Under the pieces are notes generated by a model. The model searched no databases and was not told the origin of the DNA. It worked only from the letters and a program-made list of their open reading frames with translations. This document shows positions 1 to 12,715 of a stretch of 64,000 bases of DNA, piece after piece. Numbering within the stretch: the stretch's first letter is position 1; each line of letters opens with the position of its first letter. Source of the stretch: Octopus sinensis (lineage: Eukaryota); contig NC_043005.1 in assembly GCF_006345805.1 (NCBI RefSeq), positions 98,518,001-98,582,000 of the forward strand. Direction: 5' to 3'. Position numbers and translations under genes: made by a program.

Positions 1-211
1 ATATGGTTTCATAATGTTTTGACGCATTAGTGTGTAAGATGCTCAAATTTATAATTTTTCAACTGAGTTTGAAGTTGTGAATGCTATTGTTTATCAGGTT
101 TAGCAAGATGAAGCGGTAACATTTTTCTTCTTTTCATTATAGAAGACTGATATTTTTTAGAGGTTGTATGTATCTGCAATTTGCTATCCGTCATAATAAT
201 GTAAATTCAAG

Positions 212-410
212 TTATGAAGCAGTAGATCTTTTTAATTCATCATTGTCGTTATTATCGTCGTTGTCGTTGTCCTCCTCTTCCTCCTCCCTCTCTTCCTCCT
301 GCTCCTCCCTCTCTTCCTCCTGCTCCCTCTCCTCCTCCTCCTTCTCCACCTCCTCCTCCTCCTCCTCCTTCTCATCATCATTATCATCATCACCATCATC
401 ATTGTTATAT
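212..410. repeat. Compound (TCC)/(TCA)/(TCG) trinucleotide microsatellite
   Basis: Visible tandem trinucleotides, which explain the poly-Ser and poly-Glu ORFs. Confidence 0.95.
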
Positions 411-887
411 TTAAAATAATTGAGAGAAAAACAGCATCTCAAAATAATACAGTAATGAAAGGGTTTGTAGGAGCTGAATCCATTTCTGAGGGTTTATAGA
501 AGGTACAAACCCACAAACTCTCATTTGTTACATCATTGTTGTTTAACCCCAGGTCAGTCATGATTTCCTAATTAAGCATACATATGATCAACGCCTTGAG
601 AGTTGTGTCTTTTCTACATCTAGAACAACATTGTCTAATGTGTCCTGCCATTTTAAAGATGTATATGGTTTGTAAGATTTGTATACTTCAGTTATTTCTA
701 GCAGATCATGTGACCAAGAAGAATCTCCTTCATTGATTCCTCAGCTTCACCCAAGATGCCATCTTCAGTAATGACAGCTCATAAACATAGCATCTTATTT
801 CTCACTATGAGCGAGTGAGTGTTCTAACTTAAAGTTTGCACACTCATAATCATTGTGTTTTTTTCATTATTATTAAGAGTTTCCAAA

Positions 888-1040
888 GTAGCGGGCTGGC
901 AGAGCAATTAGCACACTGGACAAAAATGCTTTGTAGCATTTTGCCAGTCTTACGTTCTGAGTTCAAATTCTACCAATGTTGATTTTTTTTCTTTCATCCT
1001 TTCGGAGATGATGAGCAGTGGTGTCAGTGTAATCAGCCTC
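888..1040 (+). mobile_element. Degenerate tRNA-derived SINE (family A)
   Basis: Matches the gagctggcagaa...gttctgagttcaaattc...ctttcatcctttcgg motif of better copies in this window. Confidence 0.7.
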
Positions 1041-1303
1041 TTTCCAGTTTCCCATAATTGTTTAGAAGTATTTATTTGCTCTGTTAGTCATCATACAAAC
1101 TCAATATGCAAATGATTATAATGTTTTTTTCTCTCTCTCTCTTTTGGTAGCAAGCAATTTCTTTCTCTCAATCAATCCATATATATCTTTCTCTTGGTAG
1201 CTTCATCAAAAGATTAACTCAGAGAAGTAATTGATTATTGTCAAAACTGACACCTCATGAAAGTGCTGTATTGTTCCTTGTTTCTCAAAGAATTTACTGC
1301 TCT

Positions 1304-1522
1304 TTAAACCTTTAGCATTCAGACTCCTCTGTCAATTGTAATACATATTTGTTCACGTTGTTTTGAATGAACCATGGATTATCTTGTAGTTTCAAGATTT
1401 TGATGATGTAATTGTTTATATTTACAATGACATTTGGACAAAGAATGAAAGGCAGGATATAGCTGAATTGAACAGGTAGGATATTTTGACTGGCTATGGC
1501 TGGTTTAAACTAAAAGCCTAAA
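1304..1522. mobile_element. Degenerate piggyBac-type MITE
   Basis: Starts ttaa-acctttagcattcag. Related in inverted orientation to the 42735-43440 element. Confidence 0.5.
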
Positions 1523-3299
1523 CTAAGCAACTAATTATTATTTCTGATATTTTTATTATTATAAAGGCTCCCCCTTAACTGCTTCAAATTGTATAAATGT
1601 TCTCTCTCTTGGTCACCAGTCAAACACGAATATCCACATCCTATTTTGACAAATATGACTGAAGAGAGAGAAGTTCAAAGAACTTTTACCACTACTGACA
1701 ATGTAAGGATTCTCTCTTTTCAAGAAGAGAGCAACCTTGTGTCTGAAATTTGATGTTGCTTAATAGCAAAATGTTGAATGTAATGGATGTCTGAAGGTTG
1801 GAGAGAAATTAGGCAAGTGTGCTCTACTCAGAGTTAGTGTGCATGAATGACAACATACAAATGAGTCGAGAAAGAAAAATTCAGGTATTAGAGGAAATAG
1901 ATGTAGTGTAGGGCACTGCCCAAAGACTGTAGATTAACTGTAGACAAGAACTTCACTATGGGCTAACTAGTAGTGAGCTAGTTTGCAAAACAAGGGGACT
2001 TCTGGTTAGGCAAGAAAGGAGACTGAGATATTGGAGGGTCGGCCCTCACAGTAGGTAGCTGAATGAAGCAAAAATAAATAATACACCAACACATCTTGTT
2101 ACTGGTTGTTTTTGTGTGTAGCTTAACCAAGCTATAGTAGTGTACAAGAGAGAAAACTGAGCTGGTACACAGATGTGATGTGCATGTGTAAAAAAAGTGA
2201 CAAGGAATCCAAGTAGAAGGAACTTGTAGGAGAGGAACACTAAAGAAGACATGAAAAGAAGTGGATGCTAAACTTCAAACAGGACATCACAAATGACCAC
2301 CACAACTACTGTACTGAAGAATACATATTAAGTGCATGCAAACATGGAAAAACAGGCACAAAATGATGATTCTGGATTCAAAATTCACTGAGATCAATTT
2401 TACTTTTCATGCTTTTCGAATTGATAAAATGAAGTAACACCTAAGTACTGGGGCAATTCTCTCTGTCTGTCTCCCTCTGTGTCTCTGTCTCTGTCTGTCT
2501 CTCTCTCTCTTTCACACACACACACACACACACATTATCAATTATATCCAATTATTGGTTGTTATTTGACCGAAAATGTTAGTCAGTCCTAAGTCTAAGT
2601 AAATGAGTAAGTTTGAGCTAAGAACTAACAACTTTTGGTCATAAAAACTGACTAACTATAGAAACTGTCCAAGGAATCCAAAGAAAATTTTTGCCACCCA
2701 GAGACAAATATGTCAGGTATGAACAGATTAATGCATGATGCTGCACAAGTCAGACAAAGAATTAAAGTGGTTGTGGTGATGCTGATAGTGATGGTAGTAG
2801 GGTAGTGGTGGTAGTAATGATGATGACGACAACGATGGTGGTGGTTTCTGGTGATGATGATGATGAGGAGGAGGAGGAGGAAGTGGAGGTGGAGGACTAG
2901 GAGCATGAGCTCCATCCTGGCCTATCCTAAATGGAATATTTACTTCAATGAAATTACAGTGGGGAATAACATTCCTGATACAGAATGAGGAATTCAGTTG
3001 GATATTCTCCAGTAAAGAAACAAGCAAAATACATTTTACATATACGTACACACACGTGCACACACACACACACATCCACTCCCCTACATGCATGCATAAA
3101 AATTATTGGGTGAGTCCCTATGTGTGTTTATGTATACAAATGCACATGTATATGTAACATGTACACATGTGCACATACACCTACATAATGACAAAGACAA
3201 GTACAGACGTACACACTCTGACATTATACATTTGTAAATAAACAGAAAGTGGGAACTAGAAACAGATTAGTTTTATCTACAAACAATCTATTTATGCAT

Positions 3300-3367
<68 letters not shown>

Positions 3368-3563
3368 CAAATAGGTGTTTATAGATAAAATTTTATGTGT
3401 TTTTGTTCTCACTTTCTATTTATGTATGTTTGTGCTTCCGTTATTATTTATGTGTATGGACACATGCATATATGTACATAGGCATATGTTTATATACATA
3501 TATTCTTGTATGTGTGTATATTAACTATCCATCTACCTGTGAGTAATTATATATATATATGTA

Positions 3564-4481
3564 TATAATAACAAAATAATAAATAAAACATATGTCTATA
3601 TACATACATATATGTACATACCTACATCTATATGTATATATACATGCATATATGGGTACAGGACACCAAAAAAACGTCGAACACAATGAGAAACGAAAAC
3701 ATAAAAACAAAACTAAGGAAATGGACATTTTTTTAAACAATGAAAAAATAGAGTACAAGACATACAACACAAGGAAGATTCCCCTTCTTCAGCCGCCTCT
3801 GCTTCGTCTACTCCGTGTTTCGAAGGTAAAGACGAGACACGACTTCGGTGAAACAGTCCTTCCCACAAAGCAAATTAAATAAAATTTGGGATTTTTTGCA
3901 GAGGGGTAAAAGTGGTAACAAAAACAGGACAGTAAAAACAATACAAATAAAAAACAGTAAAAGACAGCACAAGGAGAATAACAGTAACACAAACAGTAAG
4001 GGCTGTTAAGCCTGAACGAAAGGAAATATTATTTTGAACGCTTTGAGAATGGCTTGAGAGAGGGAATAGAAAAGGCCGTCTATACTTGTTGGAGGCAGTA
4101 GTCAGAAAGACAGTGGCCCTCTGGTCACGTGTCAGCGACGAGAGGGAGGAGGAGGAGTAAGAGAAAGGGAGAGAAAAAAGGGAAGGGTTGCAGAGAAAAC
4201 CAGAAAGAATGAAGAATGTGAGAGAGGGACAGTAAGGTTAGAAAAAAGGAAAGGGTGGTATAGAAAACCAGAAAGAATGAAGAATGAGAGAGGGAGGGGG
4301 ACAGAAAGGTTAAGAGTGCGCATTATTATTATTAAGATAAAGCTTACTTGGAAAAGGATGCGTGGCGTTCCATCATATAATAACAAAATAATAAATAAAA
4401 ACATATGCATATATACATACATATATGTACGTACCTACATCTATATGTATATGTATATCTATATGTATATACAGGACACCA
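3564..4481. mobile_element. Unclassified element with ~105-bp direct repeats, adjoining (TA)n
   Basis: 3564-3668 and 4375-4481 are similar direct repeats ending in ACAGGACACCA. There is also an internal ~50-bp tandem duplication. Confidence 0.6.
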
Positions 4482-5019
4482 ATTGTTATTATCACTACAT
4501 CTACACATTCAAAGCAGTTTTCCAATCGTCCTTCAGCAACAACACTCCTTGATAAACTCAGTTACTACTACTAAATTCAGGCCCCAACAGACAAAGAGGA
4601 TGTTTTTGAAGCCAAGAATTTGAAGTTACGGAGACAATATTTACAGGGAAACAGTTGTATAATCAAGTACCTGCATGCCTGGAGAACTATGTTGCATGGA
4701 AACAATTGTAGTGATTAAAAAATAAACGTCCAACCATACTCTTTCTTGTTGACTCCAAGTTTATATATATATGATAATGGATTCTCTTGCTGTGAATGAC
4801 AAATGAGGATTCTATGGACATGAATGTGTCCCTTGAGGCCTGCTGGTGTTTTGCAAGATTTTTGGCAAATGGAACAAGTTGAGGACTCAGTTTGTTTGAG
4901 TGCTTGAGTACTAGGTGTTTTCTTTAGTAGACCAAAAGGCCTGCTTCACTTCATGCCACTAAACCACAATGACATACATGCACCTATACATGCACGTACA
5001 CACACACACACACAAATCA

Positions 5020-5300
5020 AGGCACTGGAGTCACTGACATGCCTGCACTAAGTAGTCTTTATTCATATCGGACACCATCTGGACAATGGTGGCTTTCTGT
5101 GAAGGTATATTTGAGGATGTTGATTGACCTCTCTTTCAACAGTGCTCCAAATGTAGTAGCCTATGGGATTTAAATCTGGCAAGTTTGGAAGCCACAAGTT
5201 TGGTGTTACATAATCATAAGAGTTGTCTGGCATCCAATGTTGGCTACATGGGCTTTATAAGAAGGTGCTGGACTTGTTAAAACATGCATGGCTTACAACT
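5020..5300 (-). mobile_element. Tc1/mariner (maT/DD37D-like) transposase relic
   Basis: Minus-strand translation gives VTPNLWLPNLPDLNPIGYYIWSTVEREVNQHP and KATIVQMVSDMNKDYLVQAC, resembling the WPPNSPDLNP motif. Confidence 0.7.
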
Positions 5301-5450
5301 GAATATTTCATCCTTCTAGAACAGTGCTCTGCAACCTTTTTTCACTTGTGGAACACTTATATTCTTTTCAAAATTTGGTAGCACACCTGAACTAAAAATG
5401 TGAGAAGTTGAAATATGTCACAAACACATTTTGACTAGCCTAAACTTTGC

Positions 5451-5474
5451 GCACACACACACACACACACACAC

Positions 5475-5555
<81 letters not shown>

Positions 5556-5610
5556 CATACATACATACATACATACATACATACATACATACATACATAC
5601 ATACATACAT
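5451..5610. repeat. Compound (CA)n(GATA)n(CATA)n microsatellite
   Basis: Directly visible. Confidence 0.98.
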
Positions 5611-6386
5611 GCATACAAACATGCATACATATATATATACATACTTACATAGTACATACATACATATACACATACATATATACACAGGTATATGTGCACT
5701 TGCATACACATATACACATACATATACACAACACACACACACACATTTTATATGTGCACTAAATATTGAAGAATATATAAATATATTACATATTTTCTTC
5801 TGTTTTGCTAAGCTAAAACCTGAATATCATTCATCACCTTGTTTACTGTATATGTATCTCTATTACATCACTATTACTAATTATTTAATTAATTCCATTT
5901 GTGTTGAAAGATCAACTGTTAATCATATTTATACATTCAGTTTATGTAGCAAATTTAGTCAAGATTCTCCAATTTCTGAGGATACTTATCTGTATTTTGA
6001 TTTGTTTTGTTTGTATTTAAAAAACTTTTTTCATATTCTTCTTCTTCTGAGATCTACTTTCTCATGTTTGGCCAAAACTGACTGAATTATTCTTCCCCCT
6101 CATAATCATTTAATGTCTATTTTTCTATGCTTGTATGAATTAGACAGAAACTGTTGAGGAAGATTTTCAACATTTGGAAGCATCTTATTTATGTATATAT
6201 ATATAGGTGAGGGAGTTGGATGTATAAAAAATAAAAAGGAATGAAAAAACTACAGAAGGCTTGTGTTACAAGGTTAAAGAATATATTTAAGTTGTTATGT
6301 TAGAAAAATGTTAGAAAATTTTGTATATAGTAACATAGTTTTTGGAGAAATAACTGGTTTCGTATTTTTTTTCAAATATATGTATA

Positions 6387-6458
<72 letters not shown>

Positions 6459-6628
6459 TACATATAAATATACATGCTGCATATATATGTGTATGTGTGT
6501 CTGTGTATATATACACACATATATAAATATATATATATATATATACATACAGTTATGTTCATGGAAACAGGAAAAATAGAACTCAGATTATGAGTATATG
6601 TATATTTTTTATTTCTCTTTATTTCTTT

Positions 6629-6941
6629 ACAATTGCAGTGTGGAAGATGCTTATAAGCCATTTAAGAACACACAAAAAACTGTTAGATTCACTTCAACAT
6701 TTAAAATTAATTTGTGTCAAAATATTTTCGTCGCTTTGAAACTGTGACCTGTTGACTGACAAAACTTTGTTCTGTATCAGCACGAAATTTTGATGCAGCA
6801 CAAAGTTTTGTCATAGAAGAGGTCATGGTTTCAAAGTGGCAAAAATATTTTGACACAAATTATATTTAAATGTTGAAGTGAATCTAACGATTTTTTGTGT
6901 GTTTTTAAATGGCTTATAAACATTTTCCACATTGCAATTGT
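6629..6941. repeat. Palindromic foldback/MITE-like element, ~150-bp arms
   Basis: The left arm (acaattgcagtgtggaagatgcttataagccattt...) is the reverse complement of the right arm (...aaatggcttataaacattttccacattgcaattgt). Short loop near 6781-6790. Confidence 0.85.
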
Positions 6942-8739
6942 TTTTGCTTCAGCACACAATCTCAGATCAAGTCACTTGCTATGAGAATACATCTCCTTTA
7001 TTTCTTTACTTATTTATTTATTTATGGATTTGCTAATTGAACAGCATAACAGGGGTCTGTTCATTTTTTGCTTGGTTACAGCTAAAGAATTCAGACCTAA
7101 GCTGAGTTTAGAGACTTTATTATTACAAATTTTGATAGCTACTCATATATTTTTATAAGTTCAACTCTCAAAGTGGCTGTCAAGCAGTGGACAAACACAA
7201 AGACATGCACACACACAATCAGCTTCTTCCACTTTCCTTCTACCAGATTTATTCACAAGACTTTGGCTGACCCAGCGGTATTGTAGAAGACACATGTCCA
7301 AGTTGCCACACAGTGTGGGATTGTACCTGATATCATGTGGTTGGGAAGCAGCCTATGAATAACAGTAATGAGAATTTCTAAAACTGGCTTAAGTGGGGAA
7401 GATTAGTTCATTATTATGTGTTTGGTGGATATGGCGAAGGAAGTTATATGGTGAATATAGCTGAATGATCTAAGGATAAACCTTTTCTTCTAAAACAAGC
7501 CCAAATCAACTTCTTCAATCTAATATTTGGAGAAGAGAGAAGGTCAACAGTGAGGTGCTGTCCTCTACTAAATTTTATGAAAGATAGGTAAGAGTGGGTA
7601 AAATTGGTGAGGCTAAATGAGTTCATATTAACTATGCAGATGTAAGCTTGGCTGCAAGAACTGGGAAAAGTTTTGGTCTTTTGAAGTATCAGGGTATCCA
7701 GGATTGTGTGTTGGGTGAATCATCCTTTGTGGTTGCTCCTTCATGTCTAGGAATATTTTCTTTTTTTGGTTTTAAATTCTTTTTATAGTTCTGAATAGCA
7801 ATCTGTATATCTTACTCAACATGTATATACTGTAGAAAGCCACAACATTGTGGTATTCATCTTGAGAAAGCATCTTCTATAAGTGTATAGTGATAAAAAG
7901 CACAGAAGTGCATTAGAAGCAGATGAAAAGCATTTACCAGCAGTAGTGAAATTATTAAATATAGATTTCTGTGTCTTTGCACATCATCAGTGACATGCTT
8001 AGACAAATTTTGCCTCTACTGGTGTAGATGAACAGGGGGCAACAAAACACTGGTGTTGCAAATAGCTGGTGGGCTGGGTAAACATTCATTATGAGCAATG
8101 GAAGTATATCTTACTTAACATCGATGACTGTAAAAACTCTCAACACTGCTGTATTTGTCTTGGGAAAGTATCTCATATAGATGTATAGTGCTAAAAGGCA
8201 CAGAAACATCATTATTATCATTACCTATTATTGTTAGTTAATGTTTTTATTGTCATGGTTTGTCTCACTCTTAGTTAATCTAAATCTCATGATGTTTCTT
8301 ATTGATGTCTTGTGTAATTTGCCTTTGTGTCGTCCTCAACGTTTTGGGCCCTTGAAACCAATAAAAGAAATTATTAAATGAAAATATTGATAGAGTTTGT
8401 TAAAGTATTTAGTTCCTTTCTGGCCTCAGTTGAAATTCCGTTGGAGTTGACTTTCCCTTCCCCCCCCCCTTCTCGGATTGAATAAACAGGCCCAGGTCAA
8501 AGAGTACTTATTCAATGCTTTTCACACACGCCCAAAATTTGAAGCTGGACCTTAAATGCATCAGGTGATGTGTTCTGGAGAAGTGATACATTAGTATTGA
8601 CATAAGAGCAAAAGTGAGAGAGGGAGTGGGGGAAGGTGTCCTGAGCTTTAGCCATGGGCTTTTTATGCAGAATCTATTAAACATATACTTGTAATTTTAA
8701 TTACAACATAACTACACACACAAACACATGCACGCACGT

Positions 8740-8775
<36 letters not shown>

Positions 8776-8789
8776 TGGTTAATTAAAAT

Positions 8790-8925
8790 GTTTTGATATG
8801 CAAATGAGTAAAGCAATGCCTGTAATATCCTATTAGTTACTGTCATGCTTCTCCCCTCCCTGCTCCGTCTCTGTAGAACAGAGTAAATAAACATCCTGGT
8901 AAGTAAGTAAGGCCCAGGTGAGATT
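8790..8925 (+). promoter_or_regulatory. Putative promoter/first exon with octamer motif and tandem splice donors
   Basis: ATGCAAAT at 8798-8805, forkhead-like GTAAATAAACA, donors CTG|GTAAGT (8899) and CAG|GTGAGA (8918). Confidence 0.3.
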
Positions 8926-10774
8926 AGTTGAGTTGTATTTCTGTTTGTTCCGGAGGATGAGAAAAAGAGAGAGAAGTGAGTGGGTGAGCATAGTGCAAGG
9001 AAAACCAGAGGTTTTGCTTCAGATTAAATATATATATATATGTACTATAGGGCAGCTTTTAAGCTAGCTCCTGTGGAGGGATCTTCATTAGGCCTTGGGC
9101 CCAACAATGACGCTTCATGCATTGAGTACATATTAAATTTTATTAAACTTGAACAATATTTTTCAAGCAATGAACAATTTTCATCAAAGCAATGATATAA
9201 TTTGTCAACTTGGAACTTATTGCAAAGCTGTATGATAAACAACAGTGCCACCACCATCGCCACCATATCTGCCATATACACCATTCAGACTTCTGATGCC
9301 ACCACTATCAATACCTTTGATTTCACTGTCTTCCCCTCCACTGCCATCACCTCTGTCTTTCACACTGCTTACTCTCACCATCATCCCTGACTGCCTTGGC
9401 TACCACCACCACCCACCACCACTGCCTCTGCCACTATCACAATTACAGCTCATATTATTACTACCACCCCATTACCATCATTGTTCAGTATGTTAGTCCA
9501 GCATGCTGGTTTAGTGTTCAGTCCCTCTTTCTCTCACATACCCACTCTTTCTCTCTCATCAACACCACTACTTTTAATAAAACATCTTCAACTCTGCCTA
9601 AATTTCTTTGTCTCTCTTTCTCTCCCTCTCTTTTTCTTTTTCACTCTGTCTCTCTATCTGTCTTCGCCACCACCCTCACCATCTTTATGACTACTACTAC
9701 TCTCATCCCAGCACAAGGAATAGTAGAAGTATCACTGAATAGTGAAATTGGGAGTCAAAGTGTGACACACTGACACACAGAAATTAGTTTCCACATTCAT
9801 TATATTAGATTTAACATCATCATTATTATCATCATCATCATCATGTGTGTGTGTGTAATTGTCTGAAAAGCAATGGCTTTTCAATTTTTTTTTATTGACT
9901 AGCAGACCTTATTTGACATGATCTGCTCAGAACTCATGCCATGACTATTGGGATGATTTCCAGGATATGAGAATATAGTATTGTATTTTTTTATTATTAC
10001 TTTTTTAATTCAGGTTTTGTTACTTGAGTCTTGCATACACAGTGGGCTTGCTGCCTGCAGCCTATGGTACCATGCTATCTGTTCTTTTTGACTATCTAAT
10101 ACTTTCCTAATAATTCTACAGGGCACTCACTCTATTCTGATTTCCTTTATATTCCTCTTGATGCCTCCTGATACTGTCCCCAAGGACCCAACAATAATTT
10201 GTGCTATCTTCTTCATTTTCCACAGTCAAACTATCTCATATTTAAGAGCATTGCATATGTCTATTTTTTTATCTTAATTTTTTACTATTTCTGTGTCAAA
10301 AGGGCATGCAACATCAGTTATAGAACACATGGGGGGTCACCTTGTCCATCACCACTAGGTCTAGCTTGTTTTCCTATCTGTTCGGATTTTGAAATCCTAC
10401 AGGATTTTGCAGATTCCTGACTCTGCCATTCTCTGCAGTTTGTGCTCATATCATATCTTGTCTCTCTCTAACCTCCACTTTTCATCAAGTTTCCAATGTA
10501 GCACTTTTGCTACCTGATTGTGTTGTCACAACTTGTATTGGTTTTGAGATGAATTTGTTCCAGGTGATGAGACGTTAGAGTATGACACAGAAGACAGAAA
10601 CAGGTGTCTTGCTATAGAGAAGATACATGATTGTCAGAGAGAGAGAGAGAGATGAGACATATATACTACTGAATAATTATGTGTGCATGTTTATAAAAAA
10701 GAATATGGAAACATAGAAACTGAAGTCTAAAAAAATGTAATTTAAATTAATCTAATTTATTTTCTCTTTCACAG

Positions 10775-10855
10775 GTAATATTGGTTGAAGTGAATGCTTT
10801 TCTCTCTTATCAAGACTCACATCTCAAAGTAACAATTGAATAACATTCTGGGCAG
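10775..10855 (+). other. Putative non-coding 5' exon of the 11571 gene
   Basis: CTAAT branch point at 10751, acceptor ttttctctttcacag, candidate donor GGCAG|GTGACA. Confidence 0.4.
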
Positions 10856-11570
10856 GTGACAGATACAGAATTTCATACCTGATTAGCCCATACAATATTC
10901 AAATATTGGAGCAGCCAACACTCAATGAAACCCACAATTTTTTTCTATCTGAATATAATAATCCAGTGATGGAGACAAGGAATGACTACACTGATAAATT
11001 TAATCATTAACTAGAAATACTCAGTAAAATCCCACAATTACTTCTATGTATACAACTATTTTATTTTAAAACATATATTGTCTTACAAAAACAGAAGTTA
11101 ATTTAATGAATACAATTAATTTAAGGAAAACAGAGAAAGCATGAAATCTGGGAGAAAATATCTTCAGTTGACTGAACCAAGGATATCAGAATATCTCTCT
11201 TACTCTGAAGTGGTGTAATATCATCCTTACCAGAGTAATATCGCCTTCATCTTCAAAACTTAGAAATACTATAATTTAATAGAAGAATTATGTTGCAATA
11301 GATATATGATTTCAAACAGAATTCACTGAGAATACACAACAACAACAGAAAAAGATAAAAGCAGCAATTATAATTAATGACATAATTTTCCATTGATTTT
11401 TAATTTCTTTTATTTGCCACAATTGCAAGATGTTTATAAAATAGAATGACACATTTGTTTTGGCATTTAAGACTTTTATAACAATAAAAATCGTAATAAT
11501 TTGGGATATTGTATTTATTTTCAAGCATTCATAAAGATTCTAGCTTTCATATTTCCTCCTCTATAGAAAA

Positions 11571-11906
11571 ATGCCACTCCTTCACCGGATTCTTCGAGAT
11601 AACATAGAAATGGCTGTATCTACATTATCATCTCTAAATCAAACTGTTCCTGTCGTTGGGAATGTAAACATACCAATCATACGGAATCTCAACAACTCAT
11701 CTACAGATTCAGGAATACTGAACACCTCTGTGGACAATTCCCTTACTTCAGGCCAGATTAAAATGAGTGAGTTACTAATCATCAAAGTAGTAGTACTCGT
11801 TGGTGTGGTTAGTATCTTGCTATTATCATCTTGCCGTTTTGTCTTTAAAATGTTTTCTCGTTACATAACGGACAGTAAAGATGACAGGGATCTTTCTTTT
11901 GGATAA
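11571..11906 (+). CDS. Uncharacterised 111-aa single-pass membrane protein
   Basis: Non-repetitive ORF. One hydrophobic span (LLIIKVVVLVGVVSILLLSSC) is followed by basic residues and preceded by N-glycosylation sequons. Pyrimidine-rich acceptor (ctttcatatttcctcctctatag) 4 nt before the ATG, and AATAAA near 12192. Confidence 0.65.
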   Translation: MPLLHRILRDNIEMAVSTLSSLNQTVPVVGNVNIPIIRNLNNSSTDSGILNTSVDNSLTSGQIKMSELLIIKVVVLVGVVSILLLSSCRFVFKMFSRYITDSKDDRDLSFG

Positions 11907-12402
11907 ATACTTTGCTCAGCATCCCATCACCATAGCCATTCCCAATATCACTGTAATACCCTTCTTCAATTTGACTGAACTTTTCAATAAATTCTCCAGA
12001 AGAAAAAAAGAAATAACTGGTTGAATATTTTCACAGAAAACTGACTGAAATATAAATATCTTCCTTATCCTTTCTAATTGCTTAGTTCTCAAGATTGTTT
12101 TCTGCTGCAGAAATAGAGACTAAATTTTAAATTAAAAGAAAAGTTTATGAAATATTCATTATTTTTTAAAGGATTTTATTCACAGTTTTGAAATAAATAA
12201 AGAAAATGCTTGAGTCTGATGTCTTGGTGGATTATGTATGAGCAGTTCAATGTACAAAATATTTTATTTAAAAAGCAAAATCATGGTAATGCTAAAATTT
12301 CATTCAAAGCAAGTTGAGAAAGCACGTTTTTCTTAGTATATGATGTTTAAGTGTAAATATGTATAGGTCCATTGTATAATTGTGTGTGTGTGTGTGTGTG
12401 TG

Positions 12403-12715
12403 TAGTGAAGACTCATGGCTTAGTGGTTAAGATATTTGGCCCATGTTTGTAAGGTTGTGAGTTCAATTCCCAGCAATGTGTTGGTCCTTGAGCAAGATAC
12501 TTAATTTCATATTGCTCCAGTCCACTCAGCTGGTAAAAATGAGTAGAACCTATATTTCAAAGGGCCAGCCATGTCACATTGAATCTCCTTGAGAACTACG
12601 TTAAGGATACATGTCTGTGGAGCACTCAGCCACTTGCATGATAATTTCTCAAACAGGCTGTTCTGTTCATCAGATCAACTGGAACCCTTGTCATTGTAAC
12701 CGTCAGAGTACCAGT
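12403..12715 (+). mobile_element. tRNA-derived SINE with CORE/Meta-like central domain (family E)
   Basis: A/B-box-like head plus gtccttgagcaagatacttaatttc...ctccagtccactcagctg. Second copy at 48490-48780. Confidence 0.7.

Noticed and set aside
168-442. Poly-Ser and poly-Glu ORFs, and the many similar (CV)n, (YI)n, (I)n and (N)n ORFs in the track
   Set aside because: They are translations of microsatellites, with no splice or homology support.
736-820. Possible plus-strand exon (cctcag|...gagcga|GTGAGT)
   Set aside because: Splice-like signals only, with no partner exons or recognisable coding content.
9045-9496. Cluster of overlapping ORFs
   Set aside because: Low-complexity CAC/CAT-rich sequence with no coherent protein features.
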